DNA of 64,000 nt from Ilumatobacter sp. Its GTDB lineage: Bacteria; Actinomycetota; Acidimicrobiia; Acidimicrobiales; Ilumatobacteraceae. Made by a program: the position numbers and the translations under genes. The notes beneath the pieces are model-generated. The model saw nothing but the letters and a program-made list of their open reading frames with translations, made no database searches and was not told where the DNA came from. This document shows, piece after piece, positions 47,947 to 57,841 of the stretch (positions are counted from its first letter, which is position 1; every line of letters begins with the position of its first letter). Location of the stretch: assembly GCA_045106645.1 (NCBI GenBank), contig JBGCEY010000039.1, forward strand, positions 1,701-65,700, given 5' to 3'.

Positions 47947-49479
47947 ATGTGGTCAGCGACCTCGTGGCGCCCCGTTGCGTTCGTACTGGCACTCGTTGCC
48001 ATGTCGACGCTGATCGCTGGTGGGGTCGCTCATGCGCATGCGGACTTCGAGTCCTCGTCGCCGGCTGCCGGAGAGGTGCTCGACGATCCGGTCGGCGTCA
48101 TCACGTTCGTGTTCACCGCTGAGGTCACCCCCGTCGGTGACGGGTTCGTTGCGCTGACCCCGGACGGTGTCGTGCAATCTCCGGCGAGCGTCGAGACCGT
48201 CGACGACACGACCTTCCGGGTCCGTTTCGACCCGCCGCTGGTCGGCGGCGAAGTGGGCGTCCGCTGGAACGTTCGATCCAGCGACACCCACGTGATCGAA
48301 GGAGCCTTCGCATTCAGCGTTGCCGCACCAGCCCCGACCACCGTCTCCCCGACCACCGTCTCTGTGGCCACCGTCGCACCCGAGACCACCGTCCCAGCCG
48401 CGTCCACCGTCCCACTGACCACCGTCCCCGTCGCCGCGGCACCAGCGGTGGTGGAGCCTGCACCAGCTGCGGTGACGCAGTCGCTCGACGAGTTCCTGGC
48501 AGTCGATGAGTCGACCGCGGGCTCGACGGTGGCCACCACCGGGCGGGTCATCACGTTGCTGGGCGTAGCGCTGGGTCTTGGCGGCATGGCCTTCGTGGCC
48601 GCCGTCCTCCGAGGAACGCGCGGTGAGATCCGGCGTGCGCTGGGAGTCGTTCGCATCCTCGGAGCGGTGATCGCAGTCGGGGCTGTCTTCGAATACCTCG
48701 GCGTGGCGCAACTCCTGGACCGGTCCATCGACTCCACGTGGAGGGCCGCGCCCGGGTTTGCCACGCTGCTGCGATTCGTTGGCGGCATCGGCATCGCGGT
48801 GGGGTTGGCCAGCACCATGTCGGACGCCGGGGGCCGGCGGGCTCCACACACGCTGTCTGCAGCGGTGATCGATGACGTTGGTCAGGCCGCACCAGCAACC
48901 GGTACCCATCCGCCGACGGAGTCGCGATGGACCCCAGACATCCGTTCCGCTGCGGCGATCGCCGGTGTTGTGCTCATCCTCGCGTCGTTCTGGTTCGACG
49001 GCCACACGGTGAGTCAGGGATGGCGGCCCCTGCATGCACTGGTGAACACGGTGCATATCGCGGCGGGCGCGGTGTGGGTCGGCGGCGTGGTTGCCGTGAC
49101 CGGCGTTGCTTGGACTCGTCGTCGGGCGAGAGCCGATATGCAGCTCGTCGAACTGTTGTTGCGCTTTTCGAAGATCGCCACGATTGCGCTCGTCGCGGTT
49201 GCGCTGGCGGGCGGCGTGATGGCGGTCCTCGTGCTCGATTCGTTCGGTGACCTCACCGCAACACCGTGGGGTCAGACCTTGCTGCTGAAGACCGCTGCGG
49301 TGCTGGTGGCTTCCGGGCTCGGAGCGATCAACCACTTCGCGCTGCTCCCGGCGTTGGAACGCGATCCATCGTCGAGCGATCGACACGCTTCGTTGCGATC
49401 GAAACTCATTGCCGAGTCGATCGTGCTGGTGTTCGTGGTGGTCGTCACGGCGTGGCTGGTTGCTGCGGCGACGTCGTAG
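47947..49479 (+). CDS. CopC-CopD fusion copper resistance/uptake protein
   Basis: Signal peptide then AHAHADFESSSP (CopC His1), DTHVIEG; CopD half FDGHT...HIAAGAVWVGG...WGQTLLLK. Confidence 0.88.
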   Translation: MWSATSWRPVAFVLALVAMSTLIAGGVAHAHADFESSSPAAGEVLDDPVGVITFVFTAEVTPVGDGFVALTPDGVVQSPASVETVDDTTFRVRFDPPLVGGEVGVRWNVRSSDTHVIEGAFAFSVAAPAPTTVSPTTVSVATVAPETTVPAASTVPLTTVPVAAAPAVVEPAPAAVTQSLDEFLAVDESTAGSTVATTGRVITLLGVALGLGGMAFVAAVLRGTRGEIRRALGVVRILGAVIAVGAVFEYLGVAQLLDRSIDSTWRAAPGFATLLRFVGGIGIAVGLASTMSDAGGRRAPHTLSAAVIDDVGQAAPATGTHPPTESRWTPDIRSAAAIAGVVLILASFWFDGHTVSQGWRPLHALVNTVHIAAGAVWVGGVVAVTGVAWTRRRARADMQLVELLLRFSKIATIALVAVALAGGVMAVLVLDSFGDLTATPWGQTLLLKTAAVLVASGLGAINHFALLPALERDPSSSDRHASLRSKLIAESIVLVFVVVVTAWLVAAATS

Positions 49480-50623
49480 TCGCAAGCGCAGCAGCCGCAA
49501 GCGCAGTGCTGATCGGCACCGATGCCACGAGCCCGATCGACCCGACCATCGCGCGCACGATCTCCACCGCGACCACTTCGCGAGTCGCAACGGAACCAAT
49601 CGACTGGCCGGCCTCGCTGAACAGCAAGAGCAGTGGCAGCGACGCCCCGGCGTACGCCAGGAACAAGGTGTTGACCGTCGACGAGATGTGGTCTCGGCCA
49701 ATTCGCACCGCTCTGCTGTACAGGTCCTTGAAGTCGGCTTCGGGTCGGGCGTGCTTGAGTTCCCAGACCGCCGACACCTGCGTCACGGTCACGTCGTCGA
49801 GTACGCCGAGCGAGCCGATCACCACGCCGGCCAGGAGGAGCCCCTGGGGGTTGATGTCGGCGCCCAGCGCATCGAGGAAACCAATGGTCTCGTTTGCCAG
49901 CCCGGTCAGTTTGGTTGCCAACACGAAGATCCAAGCGAGCAGTGCGGTGATGGCAAGGCTGGCAATCGACGAGAGCAGCGCGGCAGCGGTGGCAAGGTTG
50001 AACCCGTGGGCCAGGAAGAGGGCAATGAAGGCAATCGCTCCCGCGGCGACCAGTGCCACTGCCACAGCGTTGGTGCCGTCGAGCAATGCCGGGAGCACGA
50101 ACCCGAGGATGACGAACAGGCTGGCGGCGAGGCCGGCGAGTGCACCTACACCCCGCCATCGGCCGAGCACGATGATCGACGTGGCGAACACCAACAGCAA
50201 CAGGAGCATGGGGGTGGTGCGCTGAAAGTCGTAGAAGAAGATCTGGGTCGACCCGTCAGGCTGACCTGCGATATCGACCAGAATCGTGTCGCCGTCACGG
50301 ATTGGACTGTCCAGCGGCTGCTCGAACGCAAGGCGCTCTCCGTCGAATTCGCCGGTGGACGGAACCAGGCTGATCTGACGGCATCCGAGCAGCGGGTCGT
50401 AACTGCACGGTTCCACCTCTGCGGAGACGACGTTGGCGGCCACGGGGTCGCCTTGGAGCCCGAGTGGGTCGACGTCGCTGTCGGATCCGCCTGGCCACAG
50501 TGTCACCAGTCCAATCACCACGGCCACGGCGCAGGCAGCAACGGCGATCCACATCAACCGACTCACTCCATCGGTCACGCCGACGTCGAACTCTTCCGCT
50601 GCATGACCGTGACCGTGACCCAT
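49445..50623 (-). CDS. YibE/F family membrane protein
   Basis: His-rich N-terminus MGHGHGH; GSLGVLDDVTVTQ, GRDHISSTVNTL, EIVR motifs. Confidence 0.9.
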   Translation of the reverse strand: MGHGHGHAAEEFDVGVTDGVSRLMWIAVAACAVAVVIGLVTLWPGGSDSDVDPLGLQGDPVAANVVSAEVEPCSYDPLLGCRQISLVPSTGEFDGERLAFEQPLDSPIRDGDTILVDIAGQPDGSTQIFFYDFQRTTPMLLLLLVFATSIIVLGRWRGVGALAGLAASLFVILGFVLPALLDGTNAVAVALVAAGAIAFIALFLAHGFNLATAAALLSSIASLAITALLAWIFVLATKLTGLANETIGFLDALGADINPQGLLLAGVVIGSLGVLDDVTVTQVSAVWELKHARPEADFKDLYSRAVRIGRDHISSTVNTLFLAYAGASLPLLLLFSEAGQSIGSVATREVVAVEIVRAMVGSIGLVASVPISTALAAAALATTTSPQQPATP

Positions 50624-50716
50624 CCGCGATGATTAGCACGCGAATGCTCGTCACGGCGGGCAATCGACCTGCCCAGCCGCGGAAACGCGTGCCGCCTTCG
50701 GTTCTACGCTCCGACC

Positions 50717-51622
50717 ATGACCTTGGTCGTCCTGGTGCTCGTTGTCGGCGCCATCGCTGGATGGCAGGTCGTACATCGCTCGTCACCACTTGTTCGTCGG
50801 TGGCACCGGTCGTCGTTTCAGCGTCGCGCAGCGGGGCGACTCAGCATCCTCGACAGCGGGCCGACCGGTCGAGATGGCGAAGAGGTGGTGGTGATGCTGC
50901 ATGGAATCGGAGCAACGGGTGACTATTTCGGTGCGTTCTATGACGGGCTGAGTCGCCGTCGCAGAGTGCTGATCGTCGACCTGCTCGGTTTCGGACACTC
51001 GATCGACGACGACCAGGCGAGCTACGAGCTCGATGATCACGTCGATGCCCTCGACAGCGCACTCGAAGATCTCGACCTCGCACGCGGCTCCATGGTGATC
51101 GCAGCACACTCGACCGCCGCCGCCATCGCGCTGTCGTGGGCGAACGCGCATCGAGAACACGTGCGGCGCCTCTACTTGTGGGGGCCGACGATCTACCCGG
51201 ATGCAGCAGCGGGCGCTGGCGCTGCGAAACAGCTCGGTGTCATGTCCAGGCTGCTCCTCAGCGATGCCCGCTGGGCACAGTGGCTGTATCGACGCGGATG
51301 TGAGCGGCGCGAACTCAGCGGGCAGCTGCTCGGCCTCGCCTCACCGCGCCGGCCGATGCAGATGAGTGGGGACGCAGTCCGCCACACACAGGTATCGCTC
51401 GACGGCTCGATCCAGTCGCTGCTGCTGCACGTGGCGTGGGGTGCACTGCTGCCGGCGGCCGTGCCCGTGACGGTGTTTCACGGCGAGCATGACCTGGTGG
51501 GCGATCGAGCGATGATCGCTCGGCTCTTCGCCCACAACACGATCATCAGCGTCCCTGACGCTGACCATCACGTGGCCCTGCAGCACCCGAAACTGCTGTT
51601 CGATGCCATCGACCAGCAGTAG
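50717..51622 (+). CDS. Alpha/beta hydrolase with N-terminal membrane anchor
   Basis: LHGIG, DLLGFGHS, AHSTA nucleophile elbow, ADHH. Confidence 0.8.
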   Translation: MTLVVLVLVVGAIAGWQVVHRSSPLVRRWHRSSFQRRAAGRLSILDSGPTGRDGEEVVVMLHGIGATGDYFGAFYDGLSRRRRVLIVDLLGFGHSIDDDQASYELDDHVDALDSALEDLDLARGSMVIAAHSTAAAIALSWANAHREHVRRLYLWGPTIYPDAAAGAGAAKQLGVMSRLLLSDARWAQWLYRRGCERRELSGQLLGLASPRRPMQMSGDAVRHTQVSLDGSIQSLLLHVAWGALLPAAVPVTVFHGEHDLVGDRAMIARLFAHNTIISVPDADHHVALQHPKLLFDAIDQQ

Positions 51623-51633
51623 CCAGGTCCGAC

Positions 51634-52776
51634 TCAGCGCCGGATCTTGCGGTCCATGTTCTCGTGGTAGTGAGCGATCTTGCATTCCCGTTCGTTGAGC
51701 ACGTTCTGGGTGTACGCACTCGATCGCTTCGTGCGTTCGAGTTGGTCGTAGATCTCGATGTCTTCGCCGACCACCTGCTTGAGCCGATCCCAGTGCTTCA
51801 TGGTGCGGGCGTGGTACTCGGCGTACTCCGGGTCGTCGAGGTCGCCGTCGTAGATCAGCTCCCAGCACAAGAACTTGGTGCGATCCACGTCGATCGGAAC
51901 CGGTGTGAACACCTGCACGTGCTCGGGATTGCAGTTGAAGACCGTGTTCGGAAACACGACGTAGTGACAGATCGCGTGGCGATGATGGTCGCCGTCAGCC
52001 GCGAGTTCGTCCAGTTGATCGACGCGAGGCACAAAGCACATGTAGTTGTCACCGACGATGTGGAACGACGACTGTCGAGCTGCCTTGACCCACTCCGGTG
52101 GAACGCCGTGCAATTGCTTGGTGTGGTAGATCTCGTTGAACCCGTCGACGATGGCCTTGTAGCTCACCGGAACATCCCACTCGACCACGTCGTGCAGGAT
52201 CATGTCCTCCATGTTGAAGCGCCCGAGGTCAGCAGCGATCTCCGGACCGATGCTGTCGATGAGCGCTGGAGCGCGGTCGGGTCCCGCCATGTTGATCCAG
52301 ACCCATCCGCCCCATTCCTGGGCTGCAACGGCGGGCGAGCGAAGCCCATCGAGGTGGGCGGGATCGAAGTCCTCGCGCTCGGGAACGCCGACCACGACCC
52401 CGGTCGTGTCGTACACCCAACCGTGGTACGGGCACGTGAAACGCTTGGCGCCGCAACCGGCGAGTTCACCGACGATTGCCGGCCCGCGATGCTGGCAGAC
52501 GTTGTGGAATGCAGCGAGAGAACCGTCGGGTTGGCGGGTGATCACGACGGTTTCGCCGTGCCCCTCGAACGTGATCCAGTCGCCGGTGTCTCGAACCTGT
52601 GTGGATCGCCCTGCAATCAGCCAGTGGGTGGCGAGCACGTGCTCCCGCTCGAGTTCGAAGCGAACGGTGTCGCTGTACACATCAGCAGCCAACAAGCTCG
52701 GGCCGTGATCGGGAACGTTCTGCACGCTCGGGCCGAGTCGGACCGGAACGTCGCCGCGCGTGGGAATATGCACCAT
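51634..52776 (-). CDS. Rieske oxygenase alpha subunit
   Basis: CQHRG...CPYH; GFNEIYHTKQLH; GEDIE; ATG at 52776. Confidence 0.92.
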   Translation of the reverse strand: MVHIPTRGDVPVRLGPSVQNVPDHGPSLLAADVYSDTVRFELEREHVLATHWLIAGRSTQVRDTGDWITFEGHGETVVITRQPDGSLAAFHNVCQHRGPAIVGELAGCGAKRFTCPYHGWVYDTTGVVVGVPEREDFDPAHLDGLRSPAVAAQEWGGWVWINMAGPDRAPALIDSIGPEIAADLGRFNMEDMILHDVVEWDVPVSYKAIVDGFNEIYHTKQLHGVPPEWVKAARQSSFHIVGDNYMCFVPRVDQLDELAADGDHHRHAICHYVVFPNTVFNCNPEHVQVFTPVPIDVDRTKFLCWELIYDGDLDDPEYAEYHARTMKHWDRLKQVVGEDIEIYDQLERTKRSSAYTQNVLNERECKIAHYHENMDRKIRR

Positions 52777-52811
52777 GGACTTATTTATAACAGTTGTGAT
52801 ATTCTGGGTCA
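52777..52811. promoter_or_regulatory. Overlapping divergent leaderless promoters and operator
   Basis: Minus strand: TTGACC-N17-TATAAA, 7 nt before ATG 52776. Plus strand: extended -10 TG-A-TATTCT (52797-52805), 6 nt before ATG 52812. Imperfect palindrome ATAACA-GT-TGTGAT; AT-rich. Confidence 0.7.
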
Positions 52812-53378
52812 ATGCCCAAGATCGTCGACGTAGTGCAGCGCCGTGAACAGCTCGGTGAGGCTGCGGCGAGAGTGATCGCTCGTTCCGGCATCGACGGTGC
52901 GTCGCTGCGAGAAGTCGCCAGTGAGGCCGGGTGGACCACGGGTGCGCTGTCGCACTACTTCGCCAACAAGCGCGAACTCCTTGCGTTCACGCTGCAGGGC
53001 TCCCTCGATCGTCGTCGGGTGCAGCTGGCGGAGCGCGATGCGATGGAGCCTGGTGAAGCGCTGCGCGCAACGTTGTTCGGATCATTGCCAACCAGCCCCG
53101 ACGCCCGCTTGCACTGGACCGTGACGCTTGCATTTGCTGGACAATCGAGCGCCGACGCCGAGCTGGCCTCGATCCAGCGCGAGGCGTACCTGCATGTGCG
53201 CAGCACCATCATCCGGCTCCTCGAAGCGGACGGGTGGTCGATGGGTGACGCACCATTCGAGGCAGAACGGCTCCTGGCAGCGGTGAACGGAATTGCGCTC
53301 CAAGCCTTCTTTGCTCCTGATCTGTGGGACGAGACGCGTCAAAGCCAGGCGCTCATCGCTGCAATCGAGGCTCGATGA
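52812..53378 (+). CDS. TetR family regulator (BetI-like)
   Basis: MPKIVD...SLREVASEAGWTTGALSHYFANK. Confidence 0.92.
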   Translation: MPKIVDVVQRREQLGEAAARVIARSGIDGASLREVASEAGWTTGALSHYFANKRELLAFTLQGSLDRRRVQLAERDAMEPGEALRATLFGSLPTSPDARLHWTVTLAFAGQSSADAELASIQREAYLHVRSTIIRLLEADGWSMGDAPFEAERLLAAVNGIALQAFFAPDLWDETRQSQALIAAIEAR

Positions 53379-54229
53379 TTCGCACCGCTGAAACCGAGCG
53401 CCTGGTGCTCTCGCACTTCTCCCTGGACCGGAACCACCCCATCGAGGACCGATTCCGAGCTGCGAGCGCTGCGGGAATTCAGGGAGTCGGCCTGTTTGCG
53501 GGGCAGTACGCCCAGCTTCTCGAACACGGATGGTCGCCCGCTCGATTCCATGAGCTGATCGAGGACACGGGCGTCAGGATCGTGCAGGTCGAAGCGCTTT
53601 CCGGATGGGGGGCGGACGTCCCCGCGGCCAGATATCTGGAGTTCGAGCAGCTCGTGTGGGACATCGTCGACGAATTCGAGGTGCCCTACGTTCAGTCGAT
53701 TGGTCCCTACGACGGCTCGCTCTCGGACTGCGCTCAGCGCTTCGGCGAGCTCTGTGATCGAGCCAGCGAACACGGCACGATCGTTGGTCTCGAATTCTTG
53801 CCGTTCACCAACATCGTCGATGCCGGTGACGCGCTGGGCATCGTGGAGCGGGCCGCCCGGGGCAACAGCGGCGTGTGTGTCGACATCTGGCACCATGTTC
53901 GTGGCGCTGATGACCTCGACCTGATCCGCTCCATCCCCTTGGAGTTGATCGTTGGTGTGCAGATGAGCGACGGTCCAGCAGCGGCGACACTCGACGACTA
54001 CAAAGATGACTGCCTGCGCAACCGAGTACCGCCAGGCGCCGGCGACTTCGCCGTCGACGAGTTCGTCACGACGCTGCTCGACCTCGGTGTCGATCTCCCA
54101 TGGGATCTGGAAGTGTGCAACGCGGCAGCATGGGGGGTTCCCGCAGCCCAGCATGTGGCGGCATGCGCAGACGGGATGCGCAGCGTGCTCGAACGAACCC
54201 TCAACCATCGACCAAAGGACACGACATGA
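53375..54229 (+). CDS. Sugar phosphate isomerase/epimerase (TIM-barrel, IolE/xylose isomerase-like)
   Basis: GLEFLPF, VDIWH, VQMSDG, RVPPGAGDF, DLEV metal-site motifs. Confidence 0.85.
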   Translation: MIRTAETERLVLSHFSLDRNHPIEDRFRAASAAGIQGVGLFAGQYAQLLEHGWSPARFHELIEDTGVRIVQVEALSGWGADVPAARYLEFEQLVWDIVDEFEVPYVQSIGPYDGSLSDCAQRFGELCDRASEHGTIVGLEFLPFTNIVDAGDALGIVERAARGNSGVCVDIWHHVRGADDLDLIRSIPLELIVGVQMSDGPAAATLDDYKDDCLRNRVPPGAGDFAVDEFVTTLLDLGVDLPWDLEVCNAAAWGVPAAQHVAACADGMRSVLERTLNHRPKDTT

Positions 54230-54999
54230 CCACCACCGGCGCCACGTACGACTTCACCGGCAAGACCGCGCTGGTCACTGGTGCCACCGGAGGAATGGGC
54301 CGAGCGATCACCGCTGCGCTCGCTGCCGCAGGCGCCAACGTCATGGCCACCGATCTGTCCGCCGAGGCCGGCCAGGAGCTTGTTGCGGCGATCTCGGGAA
54401 CGGTCGAGTTCGCCGCTGCCGACGTGTCCGCGGGTGCGCAGGTGACCCAGGTGGTGGCGAACACCGTCGAGCGGTTCGGTGCGCTCGACATGGCCGTCAA
54501 CGCCGCCGCAATCGAGTTCGAAACCGTACCGATTGCCGACTGTGACGACGACGACTTCGATCGGATGATCGCAGTCAATACCCGCGGTTTGTTCTCGTGC
54601 ATGAAGCACGAGATTCGAGCAATGCTCGCAAACGGTTCGGGTGGGTCCGTGGTGAACATTGCTTCCACCAACTCGTTCCGCCCGCAGCATGACCAGCCGG
54701 CCTACACGGCGAGCAAGCACGCAGTGCTCGGGCTCACCCGCAGTGCGGCGTACGACTACGCAAGCCACGGGATCCGCGTCAACGCGATCTGCCCAGGTGC
54801 CATCGATACGCCGATGCTGCGATCAGCGCTGGAACGGCGCAACGGAAATGCAGCGGAGGCAGCTCGGCGTCTGAGCCCACTGGGCAGGTTCGGTCGGCCC
54901 GACGAAATCGCGGCGGCGGCGATGTGGCTGTGCTCGGATTCTTCGTCGTTCAGTACCGGTCATGCGCTCGCCGTCGACGGAGGCATGCTCGCTTGCTGA
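54226..54999 (+). CDS. SDR family oxidoreductase
   Basis: TGATGGMG, NAAA, S...YTASKHA. Confidence 0.92.
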   Translation: MTTTGATYDFTGKTALVTGATGGMGRAITAALAAAGANVMATDLSAEAGQELVAAISGTVEFAAADVSAGAQVTQVVANTVERFGALDMAVNAAAIEFETVPIADCDDDDFDRMIAVNTRGLFSCMKHEIRAMLANGSGGSVVNIASTNSFRPQHDQPAYTASKHAVLGLTRSAAYDYASHGIRVNAICPGAIDTPMLRSALERRNGNAAEAARRLSPLGRFGRPDEIAAAAMWLCSDSSSFSTGHALAVDGGMLAC

Positions 55000-55014
55000 C
55001 GGGCAGCGCCGCGG

Positions 55015-56604
55015 TCACACGAGTTCGTTGCGCCGCAGTTTGCCCGTGGCAGTTCTCGGCAGGTGATCGACGAAGTGCACGTCGCGCGGTGTCTTGTGCC
55101 GGGCGAGGTGCTTCGACACCAACTGCTTGAGTGTGGCGGCCGAGACGCGTGCGCCGTCATGTACGACGGCGTAGACGGCAAGGCGTTGTCCGAATCGATC
55201 ATCGTCGACGCCGACGACGGCAACGTCGGCCACCGCAGGGTGTGTGAGGAGGAGATCCTCGACCTCTTGCGGGAAGACGTTCTCGCCGCCGCTGATGATC
55301 ATGTCGTCGGCTCGACCGGTGACGAAGAGCAGGCCGCTGGCGTCGAGGTGCCCCACGTCGCCCGAAGACATCAGCCCGTCGACGATTTCCTTGCCGCCGC
55401 CGCCGGTGTAGCCGTCGAACTGTGCCCGGTTGCCCACGAAGATGCGCCCAACGGTTCCTGGTTCGACTTCGACACCGTCGTCGTCGAGTACCGCCACGAT
55501 CGATCCCGGCATGGCGCGTCCGGCGGTTGACGGCGCAGCGGTGAGATCTTCGGGGTCGGCCAGCGTTGCCTGACCGACTTCGGTCGAGCCGTACAGGTTG
55601 TACAGGTTCGGACCGACTCGGTCCAGCCACTCCACGACGGCGGGGACCGGCAGCGCCGAGCCACTCGACGCCGTGATGCGCAACCGTGACAGATCCGTGT
55701 CGTCGAGGGTGGGTGATGCCAACAGCCGTTGGAGGATCGCTGGCACCACGGCAACCACAGTGACGTTTTCGCGTGCTATCAGTTCCAGGGTGCGCTCGGG
55801 GTCGAAGGTTCTCGACACCACCGCAGTCGCCCCGAGGCTCGAGGCAAGCAGGAGTTGGGCCAGGCCCCACGCATGAAACAGCGGCGAAGTGATCGCAATC
55901 ACATCGTCATGGCGGTACGGGATCCGCTCGATGATCCCCGTCGCAGCTGCAGGGTCCACCCGGTTGCTGCGTTGGGCGCCCTTCGGGGTACCCGTGGTGC
56001 CCGACGTCAACAGCACCGGCGCGATCATCATCGACGCTCTCAACGGCAGCCGGAACGGACTGTTCTGGCGCACGGAGTCCATCGTGAGTGTCCCGGCACC
56101 GACGGCGGTGCGGCCCGTGACGATGACCGGCAGGTCCACATGCTCCAGGTCGACGAGGTGCGACAGATCGGCATCAACGGCGAGTGCGGACACACCTTCG
56201 CGCTGGATCACCTCGTGGAGCTGCGGAGCTCCAAAGCTCGTGTTCAGGTAGACGACTCCCACCCCTGCTTTGGCCGCTGCGACGGTGAGTTCGAGGAAGT
56301 CACGATGGTTTCGACACATCACACCGAGCCGGGATCCCCGTGAGGCGCCGATGCGGTGCAGCCCTTTGGCCAGGCCAGTCGACTGGCGATCGAGCTGCTG
56401 GAAGGAGAGTGACCCTTCATCGTCGATGATCGCCGGTCGACGTGGGGTGACGATTGCCGAGGCAACGTAGGGAGCGGCCACGGTGGGCCCCCATCGAGCA
56501 ACTGCTGCAGCGATCGCCGGAGCGCGACGGGGGTCGAGGAGGCCGGTACGGTTGGCCAGGTCGGCCGCCGTGCTCACCGCTGCTGCGAAGGGAGGTCGAG
56601 TCAC
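55015..56604 (-). CDS. Acyl-CoA synthetase (AMP-binding, FadD-like)
   Basis: TSGTTGTPKG, YGSTE, GDVGH, GRADDMIISGGENVFP, PRTATGK; GTG start overlaps the upstream stop. Confidence 0.92.
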   Translation of the reverse strand: MTRPPFAAAVSTAADLANRTGLLDPRRAPAIAAAVARWGPTVAAPYVASAIVTPRRPAIIDDEGSLSFQQLDRQSTGLAKGLHRIGASRGSRLGVMCRNHRDFLELTVAAAKAGVGVVYLNTSFGAPQLHEVIQREGVSALAVDADLSHLVDLEHVDLPVIVTGRTAVGAGTLTMDSVRQNSPFRLPLRASMMIAPVLLTSGTTGTPKGAQRSNRVDPAAATGIIERIPYRHDDVIAITSPLFHAWGLAQLLLASSLGATAVVSRTFDPERTLELIARENVTVVAVVPAILQRLLASPTLDDTDLSRLRITASSGSALPVPAVVEWLDRVGPNLYNLYGSTEVGQATLADPEDLTAAPSTAGRAMPGSIVAVLDDDGVEVEPGTVGRIFVGNRAQFDGYTGGGGKEIVDGLMSSGDVGHLDASGLLFVTGRADDMIISGGENVFPQEVEDLLLTHPAVADVAVVGVDDDRFGQRLAVYAVVHDGARVSAATLKQLVSKHLARHKTPRDVHFVDHLPRTATGKLRRNELV

Positions 56605-57752
56605 GTGACGTGTGCGTCGAGGCGCGACGCGAGCGCACCGGCGACGAACTCGCGGACATCGCGCTCGATCGGAAACGACAGGTGACTGCCCTGATACCAG
56701 CAGATTTCGGGCTCGTCCCAGTGTTCCCACAGGGCATGGACGTTGCCGGGCCGTACCCATCGATCGACGATGCCGCCGAAGATGAATCGGGCTTCATGAG
56801 GAATCAACGGATCCATCGCCAGTGGTGACACCACGCGGTTGACGCGCTCGAGTGAACGCCAGCTGAGTCCCCATTGCTCGTAGAACGGCGGCAACAGCGC
56901 CTCGACGTTGCGGCGCATGCCACGCACAAGGTCAGCTTCGGGAACACCGGCGATCGCCACGGCCAAGTCACTCTCGAAACACGCGAGGAGCGACGTGAAG
57001 TAGCCGCCGAGCGAGATTCCGGACGCTCCGACCTTGGGTGCATCTTGGGTGTCGACGATCCACGACTTGAGCCGTCGAATGTCCCAGATGGCCTGGGCAG
57101 CAGTGTGCACCGTGTTCATCGCGCCGCCGAACAACACGCGGTCTCCCGACGCGCCTTCGGAGCGCGGTCCGTGAAGTGGCGACACGGGGAACGCAAGGTT
57201 CAATCCGTAATCATGGTGGAGTCGCTTGGCACCGAATGCGGTGAAGTCGACCAACGGCGTGCCGGTTCGGTAGCCGTTGATGCAGATCAGCCACGGCCGC
57301 GGCTCGCCCTCGTGGCGCAGTACCCACGCATGAGCGTCGCGATTCTTCCGATAGTCAAGCCAGCGTTCGCGGCCGGGCTCGTCGGCGTGAGGTTCGTAGC
57401 CGCTGCGGACCACAAGGTGCTCGTAGTCCAGCCCTCCCGCTGATTTCTGAGTGAGCCGTGGGCGCTTCAGCGGCGGTGGATCCAAGTGATAGGAGCGGGG
57501 GTCGTCCACCCATCCACGTGCATTGAACATCTCGACACCGTCGCCAAGCTCGTCGCGCAGGCGTCGCCGAAACGCAACCGATGGTGCCCGGAGGCGACTG
57601 TTGGCGGTCTCGAGCTGTAGCGCCCATTCGTCGACGAACCACTTGGCTGCAAGCACCGGGCTGAGGCGAGCCTTCGGAAGGTCGTGTTCGCGGTGACCAA
57701 CGAACCAGTCTCTGGTTTGTCCCACGAGTTCATCCACGACCGACATCGGCAT
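56601..57752 (-). CDS. Alpha/beta hydrolase family protein
   Basis: PLHGPR, GISLGG nucleophile, DRWV, QGSH. Confidence 0.82.
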   Translation of the reverse strand: MPMSVVDELVGQTRDWFVGHREHDLPKARLSPVLAAKWFVDEWALQLETANSRLRAPSVAFRRRLRDELGDGVEMFNARGWVDDPRSYHLDPPPLKRPRLTQKSAGGLDYEHLVVRSGYEPHADEPGRERWLDYRKNRDAHAWVLRHEGEPRPWLICINGYRTGTPLVDFTAFGAKRLHHDYGLNLAFPVSPLHGPRSEGASGDRVLFGGAMNTVHTAAQAIWDIRRLKSWIVDTQDAPKVGASGISLGGYFTSLLACFESDLAVAIAGVPEADLVRGMRRNVEALLPPFYEQWGLSWRSLERVNRVVSPLAMDPLIPHEARFIFGGIVDRWVRPGNVHALWEHWDEPEICWYQGSHLSFPIERDVREFVAGALASRLDAHVT

Positions 57753-57806
57753 CGAAGCTACTCCGCGCGCTCGTTCGAGGCAGATCCCTCCTGTGAACCG
57801 AGTTGC

Positions 57807-57834
57807 TCAACTTTGGCGTACACCCTGCCGATAG
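57807..57834 (+). promoter_or_regulatory. Sigma28 (FliA/WhiG)-like promoter
   Basis: TCAA (57807-57810), N16, GCCGATAG (57827-57834); in-frame GTG at 57842 lies 7 nt downstream. Confidence 0.55.
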
Positions 57835-57841
57835 TTCTCAG

